Shown here piece after piece: positions 39,878 through 49,487 of a DNA stretch of 52,719 bases; within the stretch, counting starts at the first letter, position 1, and every line of letters begins with the position of its first letter. This stretch comes from Trichomonas gallinae. Lineage: Eukaryota. The stretch is from NCBI GenBank assembly GCA_008369845.1, contig MRSU01005835.1:1-52719 (forward strand). Reading direction: 5' to 3'. The translations under genes and the position numbers were made by a program. A model generated the notes under the pieces. The model made no database searches, was not told the origin of the DNA, and worked only from the letters and a program-made list of their open reading frames with translations.

Positions 39878-41356
39878 TTAATCTTGATGCAGTTCATTAT
39901 TAATATGCTCAATGAACTCTTTGTTTGCAGGAATTGAAGCTGCAAATTCTTGTTCAATCGTGGCTGTTATATCCTCATATTGATCCAATAGATTATCCAG
40001 CCAGTCAACGATTTCTTCGTCGGATTCGACAAAATCTTTGAATCTTGTCTGTCCATATGTTTGGGAAGCTGTATATTGCTTCCTTGAGAGATCAAGTGTG
40101 AGGTATGCAACTCTTTGAGCGTATTCCACGTCTAGCTCGCTGTTAACTTTCACCAAGAAGAAGAAAAAGTCGGAATTGTTGTAAACATTGCGGAAAACTT
40201 GCCCTGGAAGGTGATATATCACTCTGAGAATGACAGAAGACACCTGCTCTTTATATTGAAAGTTTAAACTATTGAATAAATTATCAATTAATTCAAATGT
40301 CGAATTATCTTGTCTAATTAAGAAAAGACGACAGGCAAGTTCTAATATTTGTGCTTGTATTGGTTGCTGTGGACTAGAATTATTGAGAACGTGATTGATA
40401 AATCTCCAAATATCGATATCTTGTGAAAATAGATAATCATGGAAGTCTTTGTACTCGGTAACTGCATTATATATGGCAAATATGTTCAATATAATCGTGT
40501 TTTTCATTACATAAGGATCAAAAAACTCTAAAATATCTCTCAATATATTATCTTGAACCAATTTAGCAGCAAATGTTATCTTATTTCTAGAGAGAATATT
40601 AAAGAACTGCAATACTAGTGGTTTGGTGTCGATATCTAAATAATTCAAAAATTTCTTTGTTGATCCAATAATGTCAAGTAAAACTGAATCATTCAATTCA
40701 AATTCTAAATGATTTTGATAGTAAATCGATAGATATCTGACAAGATATTTGAATGCAGCACGAAAATCAATGCAATAATATGTATTTGGATCTTCGCGGT
40801 TAAATATTTGGAATTCTTCAAGTAGGTGTTGAAATAGGATCGTATCTTTCATTAAATAAGGCAGTAAATCCATATTACAAATTGTATAATTTTCAATCAG
40901 AATGAATTGACATAAAGTTGTTGCATGCGCAACAAAGTTCTTAAAATAATTGTGGCTCATTAGTATTTCGAACTTTCGCCTGAATTTTCCTTGCATAGCT
41001 ATAATACAATGGCAGTTGTTGATAATTATTCTTGCTTTTACTTTCGGATGGTAAATTGTGTTTTCTAATTGAAGTTCTTTCAAATTGGGATCCATTAAAG
41101 ATAATTGAATAATTAATTCAAAAGTTTCATCGTGTAATTCGATTTTATTGAGATAGAGAGCATGAAAAATGATAATAAGTCCTTCGTAAATGTCATCATA
41201 TCGATCGGATCTTATATATTTTTCTCCAATCGGTAATTGCTCCAGCATCTCCTCTGCAGAGTAATTAGTGCATTCTGGCATTTCGATATGGATCCGAAAT
41301 TCAGCTTGTATTGATTTTTGTACTGATTTTCTATCATCATTTTTATAATCCATCAT
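39878..41356 (-). CDS. Hypothetical ARM/HEAT-like helical protein (492 aa)
   Basis: Long ORF with amphipathic L/I/F-rich helices and an Inr at 41362-41366. Confidence 0.8.
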   Translation of the reverse strand: MMDYKNDDRKSVQKSIQAEFRIHIEMPECTNYSAEEMLEQLPIGEKYIRSDRYDDIYEGLIIIFHALYLNKIELHDETFELIIQLSLMDPNLKELQLENTIYHPKVKARIIINNCHCIIAMQGKFRRKFEILMSHNYFKNFVAHATTLCQFILIENYTICNMDLLPYLMKDTILFQHLLEEFQIFNREDPNTYYCIDFRAAFKYLVRYLSIYYQNHLEFELNDSVLLDIIGSTKKFLNYLDIDTKPLVLQFFNILSRNKITFAAKLVQDNILRDILEFFDPYVMKNTIILNIFAIYNAVTEYKDFHDYLFSQDIDIWRFINHVLNNSSPQQPIQAQILELACRLFLIRQDNSTFELIDNLFNSLNFQYKEQVSSVILRVIYHLPGQVFRNVYNNSDFFFFLVKVNSELDVEYAQRVAYLTLDLSRKQYTASQTYGQTRFKDFVESDEEIVDWLDNLLDQYEDITATIEQEFAASIPANKEFIEHINNELHQD

Positions 41357-41369
41357 GACTAAATGAAAT

Positions 41370-41530
41370 CAATTATTTACATGACAAAAATCGAACTTTA
41401 CATTCAAAAATACACATTACACAGCAAAAATAGATTTCTTATGACAAAAAATAATTTTACATAACAAAAATAAATTTTACAAAACAAATTTATTTTTACA
41501 TGACAAAAATCATAATTATCATGATAAAAC
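41370..41530. repeat. Degenerate ~20-bp tandem array of TTTACATGACAAAAA-like units (about 8 copies)
   Basis: Units near 41376, 41397, 41416, 41436, 41456, 41476, 41494 and 41516, directly upstream of the 492-aa gene. Confidence 0.75.
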
Positions 41531-41697
41531 AATTATAGCAAACTTTCTAGTTCAAAACAATGAGTTTTATGCTAAGCCGCTGCTCTCTTCTAATTATTAC
41601 TGTTCTATTTTTGAATAAAATTAATTATTTAATTTTTCAGCGTGATTCGGAAATAACTATACGGAAAAAGATATAATATATGCATTATTAATGAATT

Positions 41698-42471
41698 TTA
41701 GATTCTAACACAATATTCTGGTACTTTCCTCTGATCTTCTGGGATTGTTGACCAATGTGGTGATTTTTCAGACTTGAGCCACTTGAAATCTTTAACATCA
41801 TTCCATGGTCCTGGCTCAGATCCATATGGGGCAAATCTAACACGGTCACAGTCTTCAATAATTGGACCAGACATCATTTGAACGTGAAAATCAGTATCAT
41901 ATGTTTCATGGATACGTAGCTGCTTACAGCCTAATAAGAACTTGCAATTTGTGCATTTTGTGATGTGAATAGATCCTCCAATATTCAAAGCAACGACAAC
42001 AGTATTCTTAAGGTTTGTGAAACAGCATGCCATTGGAGATCCAACGATCTTGACTGTGCAGTTTTCGAGTTCTGTAAGTCCAACTCTTGTTTCATCAGCT
42101 GAAACTTCTTTATCAACGTTCTTTTCGCCCTTTAACTGCCATGTTTGTATGTCATTGATTGGATCATTTTCTAATGCCGCTGTGTTTTCTACCTTTTGCT
42201 TTTGAACATTGCGTGAAAACTTAAATGCAGGCTTTGCAACTTTAACTTTCACTTTAGCATTCTCCAAATTGCGTGTATATACTTGGTATGTGAACCTCGG
42301 GAGTAAACTTTGTCCTTGCTGAAGAATAACCATGAGCGCATCAACATCTGCATTATGTTGAGCGACATCTCCGATTTTTTCACTAGAAATCTGCTTAATT
42401 CTGTTCTCCATCTCAGTCAAGAAGCCCTGCTTGTTCTGAGAAGACAAGTATCTCTGGAGCTCGTCGTTCAT
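41698..42471 (-). CDS. TBCC: Tubulin-specific chaperone C (tubulin-binding cofactor C)
   Basis: N-terminal LPRFTYQVY..FKFSR, then a beta-helix with GSIHITKC, CKQLRIH, SGPIIEDC..VRFAPY, WNDVKDFKWL..SPHW. Confidence 0.93.
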   Translation of the reverse strand: MNDELQRYLSSQNKQGFLTEMENRIKQISSEKIGDVAQHNADVDALMVILQQGQSLLPRFTYQVYTRNLENAKVKVKVAKPAFKFSRNVQKQKVENTAALENDPINDIQTWQLKGEKNVDKEVSADETRVGLTELENCTVKIVGSPMACCFTNLKNTVVVALNIGGSIHITKCTNCKFLLGCKQLRIHETYDTDFHVQMMSGPIIEDCDRVRFAPYGSEPGPWNDVKDFKWLKSEKSPHWSTIPEDQRKVPEYCVRI

Positions 42472-43283
42472 AATGATTTTTTTTATAAACGTGCACTTTT
42501 GCGCGAAAAAAATTGTTCTGGCTATTTATAGTTATTTAGCTGCCATTTAGCCAACTCTATACTATTTTAGTCCAATCTATTAATGTTTTCCTAGTTTTTG
42601 GAATAAAAATCATTGTGATACTCAAATTAAATGAACAAAATTATTGATTTCAAGATACAACAAGAGTTTATTATTATAATTTAGAAAAATGAATTTTATA
42701 TTAAATATTATCTCAATATTTCATTAATGTTATATTAGAAAAAGTGAAGCTATTTATATATATATATATATGATCATTGTGGCAGATTTATTATAGATCT
42801 TGCTACATAAAATCTGCAGAAATGTAATATGATTAAATGAAAGGTGTTCAAACTTTGAGAATAGAATCTACAGTTATAAAATAACTCATTAATAGACAAG
42901 GAATTGATTTAACTCAGTTGATTTTTAATCTTATTTTATCTTCTCGAGTTTCATCTATTTCTCAAGATTATGCAACATTCTGCTAGTTTATGTAGTATAT
43001 TATATTACTATAATAATAATATCTATATTGTAATATCACATGCGACTTTTGCCTAATGATGATTCTCTTGAAAATATTATAATTACAGTGTCTCTATCAA
43101 TTGTAAGAAATTGGTAATTATAATAGATTGAATACGTTAAATTATATATATCTGCATTTCTCTCATTAAATGCACTGTTGTTTCCTGTAAATCTATATAA
43201 TTTAGAACAATTAATTTCAAAATCTGTTGTGAATAGTTATGATTTTGGTATTATAAATATAAATTCTATTTTTATTCTATTCT

Positions 43284-44498
43284 TTATAGCCAAACAGACT
43301 TATCCAGGTTACCAAGCCAGTTAGAAGATGGATTCTTAGCTGATGGCTTGCCTCTTGATGTTTTAAGAGCTTGCATCAAATCAAAAGATTCATATTCTGG
43401 AGGAACATTTGCCTGCCCTATTGTTCTGGCAGCCTCAGCAACTGCTGGAACTGAAGAAGATTTCAATGTCAAAACCTCCCAAAGAGTTTGCGGTGTTACA
43501 TCTGATATTTCTCCGTCAACATTTGCAATTTGTGTATCTTTTGGTGTTAAGAGTTCCAAGACATTCTCATGTGCGCGGGAAAGACTCTGAATAACACTCA
43601 AAACGTCCAGCTGCACGTCTGGAGAAACATGTGGAAGCATTCTTGATAATTTTATTGCATATGCAATTTGTGTTTGCGCAGGAATTGAATGCGATGTAAC
43701 AGTTCTTCCAAGAGTATCAAAGAATGATGATCTGCCTGGAATTGAGAGTGATTCTGGTGAAATTGCGTGATACACAACATCATAAAATTCATTATAATCG
43801 ACACTCCTTGTAACAGAGACATCAACGATATATGGAACAGCAAGGGAAGCTGTAATTGGATCGCTCTTGAGTTTCTTTTCGAGATAGTTATATAAAATCA
43901 ATTTATCATCAACTCGATTAACTACATGGCTGAAACTTCTAAGTAATCTGTGAGTCTGTTCATCAGTAAGGCTCTTGGATATAGTTTTGAAGAATAATTC
44001 TGTAAAAACATGAGATGGATTTGGTTTGATTAATTGTGTAGTTAAAATGTTAATTGCAATATCTAAATTCTCATCTACCAACGAAAGAGCATGTGAATAT
44101 ATTGCATTTTGTAAGAATTCATCATCTAAAATTGAATTATCGATATTTCCTTCAGATTTGAAATAAAGAGCAACCAAAGCCTTCACTGGAAGCTTTTCTT
44201 CATCAGCCTGATACAATTCTGCAAGAATATCGAAATATAAATTCTTCTCGGAAATTTCACCGTTTTCTGCATATTCTAACAGCTTAACGTATCTGTAATT
44301 CATCCATTGATAAACTTGCGATGATGCAACTGATTCATATTTCTTAGAATCAGAAAATGGTAATAATTTTTCCTCGAGCTTTTGTATAAAGAACGATTTT
44401 AGCGAATTAAGAGCACTTTCTGACTTCTTTGTTCCGGTTAGAGCATCATTCAAAACAGTATCTAAGTTTTTCGCCCATAGGTCTCCTACTAAAGACAT
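43284..44498 (-). CDS. NOC4: Nucleolar complex protein 4 (CBF/Mak21 family)
   Basis: ASLAVPYI..VDYNEFYDVVY..GRSSFFDTL..SHSIPA..AYAIKLSRML..TLWEVLTL..VPAVAEAA. Start moved to ATG 44498 (404 aa), just downstream of minus-strand Inr elements. Confidence 0.75.
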   Translation of the reverse strand: MSLVGDLWAKNLDTVLNDALTGTKKSESALNSLKSFFIQKLEEKLLPFSDSKKYESVASSQVYQWMNYRYVKLLEYAENGEISEKNLYFDILAELYQADEEKLPVKALVALYFKSEGNIDNSILDDEFLQNAIYSHALSLVDENLDIAINILTTQLIKPNPSHVFTELFFKTISKSLTDEQTHRLLRSFSHVVNRVDDKLILYNYLEKKLKSDPITASLAVPYIVDVSVTRSVDYNEFYDVVYHAISPESLSIPGRSSFFDTLGRTVTSHSIPAQTQIAYAIKLSRMLPHVSPDVQLDVLSVIQSLSRAHENVLELLTPKDTQIANVDGEISDVTPQTLWEVLTLKSSSVPAVAEAARTIGQANVPPEYESFDLMQALKTSRGKPSAKNPSSNWLGNLDKSVWL

Positions 44499-44535
44499 TC
44501 TCGACGATAAATCTAGATTTTGTCTTTGTAAACCA

Positions 44536-44980
44536 AAAGTGACAAAATCATTATACCAAAAGTGACATTTTAAATCAAAAGTGAGAAAATTCTTGTTCCA
44601 AAAGGTAAGTAATACTGTCTTCATAATTATTTTACATGTAACGCGTGTATATGAGATAAATTTACCGTGTAAAGCATCTATTTTGTTATGTAATGTTAGC
44701 CTAGAGACAGATTTGTGATTACTAGAGATAACTAGAAAAGTGAGAGATTCTATCACTAATAGATAAAAGTGACAAATTAATAAGAAAAATTAAGGTACGG
44801 ACCTGGTCTTCCAAGCGGAACCCTTCCAAACATGTGTACCTACTCTGTTAGTTAAGTCCTAATCACCTACATCAATAAACGTCGAGCATTAACCTGATGA
44901 ATTTTTGTCAATGTCAGATTTTAGGTATAAATACCTATAGAAATATGAACAAAAAGTGACAAATTTATTACAAAAGTGAC
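44536..44980 (-). promoter_or_regulatory. Cluster of AAAGTGA(C/G) motifs, which read as (G/C)TCACTTT Inr elements on the minus strand
   Basis: Copies at 44536, 44559, 44578, 44737, 44766, 44953 and 44973, all in the same orientation. Confidence 0.65.
44793..44896 (-). ncRNA. Candidate two-hairpin structured RNA (H/ACA-like layout, no canonical 3' ACA)
   Basis: GC-enriched island. On the minus strand: GGUUAA..UUAACU hairpin, AGAGUA (ANANNA) hinge, GGUAC..UUUGG..UUCC-GCUU-GGAA..CCAGG..GUACC hairpin, then a U-rich tract. Confidence 0.4.
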
Positions 44981-45262
44981 ATGAATCAGATCAGATCAGA
45001 ATTCAAAAAACTTTTTTTTGGGGATCAGTTTATCCATTTTTATTCTTCGTATAATAGAATCAGATGCAACTGACTCAACCCTATGCTTATATCAAGTAAA
45101 ACATGGATTTCGTATCAATAATTATCGAATTTTTGAGATTTCGGATTTCGGTTCACTCGATTGGCCATTTTTCATGTTACATCGCATTGCCGTATTAAAT
45201 GCATCAAAGATTTAATTTGTTTTGAATAAGATTTATAAGAGAGCAGACTGTCACTTTTGCTA

Positions 45263-45859
45263 ATGTCGTCAAGCAATACACTCACATTTAAATTCCTGCT
45301 TGTCGGTGATCAGGCAGTTGGCAAAACGTCGCTTGTTCATAGACTTTGCAGAAATTCGTATGATTCTTTTACTGAAGAAACTGTTGGCGTTGAATTCATG
45401 CCATACAACTTGACCATCGAGAAAACTCAACTTAAATTACAGATTTGGGATACAGCAGGCCAGGAACAGTATAGGTCACTCGCTAAAGCTTATTTCAGAA
45501 ATGCTGTTGGTGTAATCCTATTTTTCGCTATAGATAATCATAATTCATTCATGCATCTTGAATCTTGGCTCAATGATATAAGAAGCCTTTGCCATAAAAA
45601 CTGCAAAGTTTTGATCGTCGCATCAAAGATTGATCTGATTAACGATAGAAAAATCACAAAGGACGAAATTCAACGCTTTATCTCGAACTTTGACTTAGAG
45701 TATATTGAAACATCTGCTAAAGAGAACACAAATGTTAAAGAAGCATTTTATAAACTTGCACAAGATGTTCTTCACGCAGTTCAAAAGGGTGAAATTCAAA
45801 TCGGGCCAGCAGCACCAGAAATAGTACCAAAGAAACAAGAAACTAAAGATTGTTGCTAA
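45263..45859 (+). CDS. Rab family small GTPase
   Basis: GDQAVGKT, TVGVEF, KLQIWDTAGQEQYRSL, YFRNA, ETSAK, C-terminal CC. Inr TCACT at 45251. Start moved to ATG 45263. Confidence 0.95.
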   Translation: MSSSNTLTFKFLLVGDQAVGKTSLVHRLCRNSYDSFTEETVGVEFMPYNLTIEKTQLKLQIWDTAGQEQYRSLAKAYFRNAVGVILFFAIDNHNSFMHLESWLNDIRSLCHKNCKVLIVASKIDLINDRKITKDEIQRFISNFDLEYIETSAKENTNVKEAFYKLAQDVLHAVQKGEIQIGPAAPEIVPKKQETKDCC

Positions 45860-46492
45860 TAATTTAATTTATCTGCTTCAAACTACTTTAGTTTTCTATT
45901 CTATCTAATGTATATTAATTTATTCATAAAATCATTTACAAAACGAAAACTTTTCATTTTTATAATTTTGATTATTAAGCAAACTTCAATGCGTTCAAAG
46001 ATTTACTTATATAACTATTGTTTTAGGCTTGAAGTAATAAAGCCAACCTTATTTGAACTTTTTAATGCGAATGTATTTTCAACAATATTTTGATTTTCGT
46101 CTTTTTATGAGAAAAAGCAATATAATTAATGGTTTCAATGAAGTCCATTAAATAGTGAGCTTTGAAAGAAAAATGCATAATAAATTATAAAATATTGTAA
46201 ATATCACGTTTCTGAGAATTAAATTATGTATTTTTGATCTTCTTCCACTGCTAACTCAACAGAAATATAATATTAAATCGTGCCAAATTCGTTCAATTCA
46301 TGACGATAGGCGACAGTTTGGCCGGAATGGTTAAGTGGTTCAATTTTCAAAGCAAATTAATTTATCATAAACATGATAATGATAGTTTTCATGCATGCTT
46401 TATTATTTTGATTGGTTGCCGTTGTGCTGGAAAATTAAAATAATTTTTTTGAAAGATTCTTATATTTTCCATCAATTTTTTGAAGAAGATTC

Positions 46493-47565
46493 ATGAAGCT
46501 TGATCCTGTTGCCGGTTCCAAGTTCATTCCATCTAAGATAGAGAATGATACACTAATCGAGGATCTCGATCAGGACCAGTTATCTGAGTGTTAGAAGCAT
46601 ATTACTTTGAACATTCAGGATTCACTTTATTTTCTTAATCAGGTTCAATCAAAATACAAAGTTCCAGACAGACTCACGACTGTTCACCATATTTGCACTG
46701 ATTATGGTGAAGGATACAAATTTGATTCTAGGAAGTTTGTTGAATTTATCAAATCATTAGGTAGGTGCATTCAACTTGACATACTAGATTCTATTGCAAA
46801 CACTTTTGAGCCAGTTTTTTCCAAAATTGACCAGCTTTTGGCTGAAGTCAGAACATCGAAATATAATATTCAGGGGCAAGAGCTGCAAGCATCTATATTA
46901 CAGAGACAAAAACAAATAGGAAACAAAAACATCGAAGAATTGAGAGAATTCCATAAACAAATGAAAATTATGATAAAATATACGAAATTTGCCAAAGAAT
47001 TACAGAAAAGGGCAGATACGCCATAGCATATGCCGTCAGAGAGAAATATGTTTATGCAAAAAAAAAAAAAAAAAATTTGGATTCGGAAACATCTTCGTTG
47101 ATGCAGCTAATAAAAACAATAAAGACCATGGTTGATTTTATGATTGAATCAGGAGCTGACATTGACACAAGAGACGGTTTTTACATGCCAGCTTTCTTTT
47201 TTGCTTCATTGAAAGGTCATCTTGAAATTGTCAAACTTCTTCTCGCTACTGGAATAGATGTTAATTCAAAAACTAATATTAATTGTACGGCTTTGATGTT
47301 TGCTTCACTTTAAAATCGTTATGAAGTTGTAAAATATCTTCTCACGATTCCTGGAATTGATGTCAACAATATAAACCATGAAAAATGTACTGCCTTGATT
47401 TGGGCTTCACTTAGTGGTTGCTATGAAGTTGTCAAACTCATCCTCACAGTTCCTGGAATAAATCTCAATGTAAGAAACAAAGATAACGATACAGCTTTGA
47501 CTGGTGCTTCAAAAAAGGGTCATCCTGATATTGTCCAGCTCTTGAGAAATCATGGTGCATATTGA
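46493..47565 (+). pseudogene. Ankyrin-repeat pseudogene with N-terminal helical domain
   Basis: ATG 46493 (MKLDPVAG), in-frame TAG 46592, TAG 47024 inside DTP*H plus frameshift, long poly-A run near 47060, TAA 47311, then intact ankyrin repeats (TALIWASLSGCYEVVKLIL, TALTGASKKGHPDIVQLL) ending at TGA 47563-47565. Confidence 0.88.
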
Positions 47566-47938
47566 CACATTTATTATGATATTTCGGAGAAATAGTCATT
47601 ACTGCACAAGGAGAAAATTTATAGCCCGTAATCACTTTTTAAAACAAATAACCTTATTTCATGGACAAACTTTCATTCATAAAAGTTTTTCTATATGATA
47701 TTATATGTTATGAAAATATATCAAATATAATTAGCATAGTATATAGTATATTAATGCAATAAAGAAATCTCAATATATATTATATTTCATGAGATTAATG
47801 CGATTGAACTGTTGTTTGAGTTATTAAATTTAATTTCTTTAGTTTTAACGGTAAATATGCATTATTGCTATAGTAGATTATAAATATAAAATAAAATCAA
47901 GAAAGCAAGAAATTCGAAAAAAAAATTTGTAAATTCAA

Positions 47939-48658
47939 ATGAGTGGAGAGCTTGATGATGCTGGCGTGCAAGTAGGCGAATGCCCGGATCACCTTAAAGA
48001 GCGCGTTAAAAACTCGGCCTCAATTTATTCCTTGAGGAAAGATTCTGTTCAAATTAAGCAACAATTGCTCGATTTAATTGCAAAAGATCAGCAGCAGGAC
48101 TACTGGTCGACTTTGGCAAGTTTCATACACGGACAATGCTCTAAAACACGCTTTGACGAAATTATGGAACGATGCCTTCAGACAAATGAAGCAAAAATCA
48201 TGCATAACGAATTAATTCGATCAATTATTTATAATGCCCACTTTTCTATGTTACCACCACCAAATGTAGAAATTCCACATGCTAAAGCAACAGTTAGAGC
48301 GTCGAAACCACCAATGCCAGTCCAACAGATTAAAAATCAAAACTTTATGACTTTTACAGCAGCAGATCTTCACCACTTACCATCAATAAATCAACTTACA
48401 AAGAGAGTTGGCGTTGTCATTCAAGACGCCAAGCTTTCAATCGATAGCAAAGCTGTTAATGAAATTTTAACGGAACTTAAAAAGTTCGTTTGTCAGATAT
48501 TATATAAGAGTTTAGAGTTAGCTGCATCCGAAGGACCTGCAAATGGCCACAATCATATTACTGTTGATCATGTTCAGCAAGTTTTGAAGATGAATTCGAA
48601 TATTTCTAATGTTATTTCGCCATCCGTTATTTCTAAGTTTGATATGACTACAAAATAA
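47939..48658 (+). CDS. ADA1: SAGA complex subunit Ada1/Tada1-like
   Basis: IKQQLLDLI..QDYWSTLASFIHGQCSKTRFD...HNELIRSIIYNA (Tad1 N-terminal domain) plus histone-fold LPSINQLTKRV..AVNEILTELKKFVCQIL..ITVDHV. Confidence 0.8.
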   Translation: MSGELDDAGVQVGECPDHLKERVKNSASIYSLRKDSVQIKQQLLDLIAKDQQQDYWSTLASFIHGQCSKTRFDEIMERCLQTNEAKIMHNELIRSIIYNAHFSMLPPPNVEIPHAKATVRASKPPMPVQQIKNQNFMTFTAADLHHLPSINQLTKRVGVVIQDAKLSIDSKAVNEILTELKKFVCQILYKSLELAASEGPANGHNHITVDHVQQVLKMNSNISNVISPSVISKFDMTTK

Positions 48659-48861
48659 ACCGATAAAACTATTTTAAATTGATTGTTAATCAATAAATAT
48701 TTTAATATTATACAAACAAACTTATATTTATATATAAAAAATCATCATTTCCTTATATATCAAGCTATTATCAAGTCTCTAAACTTGAATTATCAAAATT
48801 CATAAAATAAAATCCAAAATTTCAATGCTAATACTAGTAATACATTGTCATAGTAGTTTCA

Positions 48862-49260
48862 TTAATTCGTATGGTTGTCAAAGATAAGATGACTTTCGAG
48901 AAAATCGATTAATTTATCGGGATCTTTTTGTTGGATTTCATATGAAGGAACAATTAAGTAATTAACTTCATCTTCAGGTCGTACAACATATAAAATGCTA
49001 TCATTTTTTGGATTTGGAAATATCCCAACAATTTCTGCAATTTTTCGATCGTTTAACTGATTTTTCTGCTGAAGTTCTGTTGCTAAATCATGGTCATTGA
49101 AGTATTTTTCGACAATTTTATTTCTATATTGAGATATATTTGATTCCAGCTCCCAAGTTGGTTCAAGATCAGAAACATTCCATTTAACTTTCAAGTACAA
49201 GTTTCCATTTCGAAATTTATGCGAAATTACTTCAACAATTTTTAGATCTGATTCATCCAT
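48862..49260 (-). CDS. Minimal HP1-like protein (chromodomain + chromo-shadow domain)
   Basis: IVEVISHK..LYLKVKW..EPTWELESNI (chromo) and AEIVGI..ILYVVR..IVPSYEIQQKDPDKLIDFLESHL (chromo-shadow). Confidence 0.82.
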   Translation of the reverse strand: MDESDLKIVEVISHKFRNGNLYLKVKWNVSDLEPTWELESNISQYRNKIVEKYFNDHDLATELQQKNQLNDRKIAEIVGIFPNPKNDSILYVVRPEDEVNYLIVPSYEIQQKDPDKLIDFLESHLIFDNHTN

Positions 49261-49487
49261 CAGAAAACTTCAATTAAAACTGACTAAAAATGATACCAAA
49301 TGTATATACTTTAGAAAAATATTCATTTTTGGCCACTAATTTTGTTATTTATACTGATAATTTATTATTGAAAATTGAAAAAATGCTTTTTTGGATAAAT
49401 AGAAAAAGATTTTAAATATACGGCTCTATGTTATAAGATATATATCTTTAAAAACAAACAAATCAAAAAATATAATAAAATCAAAAA

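Noticed and set aside
41370..41530. CRISPR-like interpretation of the periodic repeats
   Set aside because: Eukaryotic context, degenerate adjacent units with no unique spacers and no cas genes.
44499..44756. 86-codon N-terminal extension of NOC4 in the ORF track (likewise extensions of BspA, LST8, CFAP210 and the 165-aa gene)
   Set aside because: They start at GTG/TTG or at ATGs embedded in promoter motifs and run through AT-rich Inr-containing DNA.
44840..44852. Minus-strand ACTAACAGAGTAG as an intron branch/3' splice motif or U6 ACAGAG box
   Set aside because: Spacing differs from the trichomonad ACTAACACACAG motif, there is no matching 5' splice site or flanking exons, and no other U6 elements are present.
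46592..47313. In-frame TAG/TAA in ankyrin genes as evidence of stop-codon reassignment or readthrough
   Set aside because: Intact genes in the window end in TAA, TAG and TGA, and the same loci also carry frameshifts, so ordinary decay explains them.
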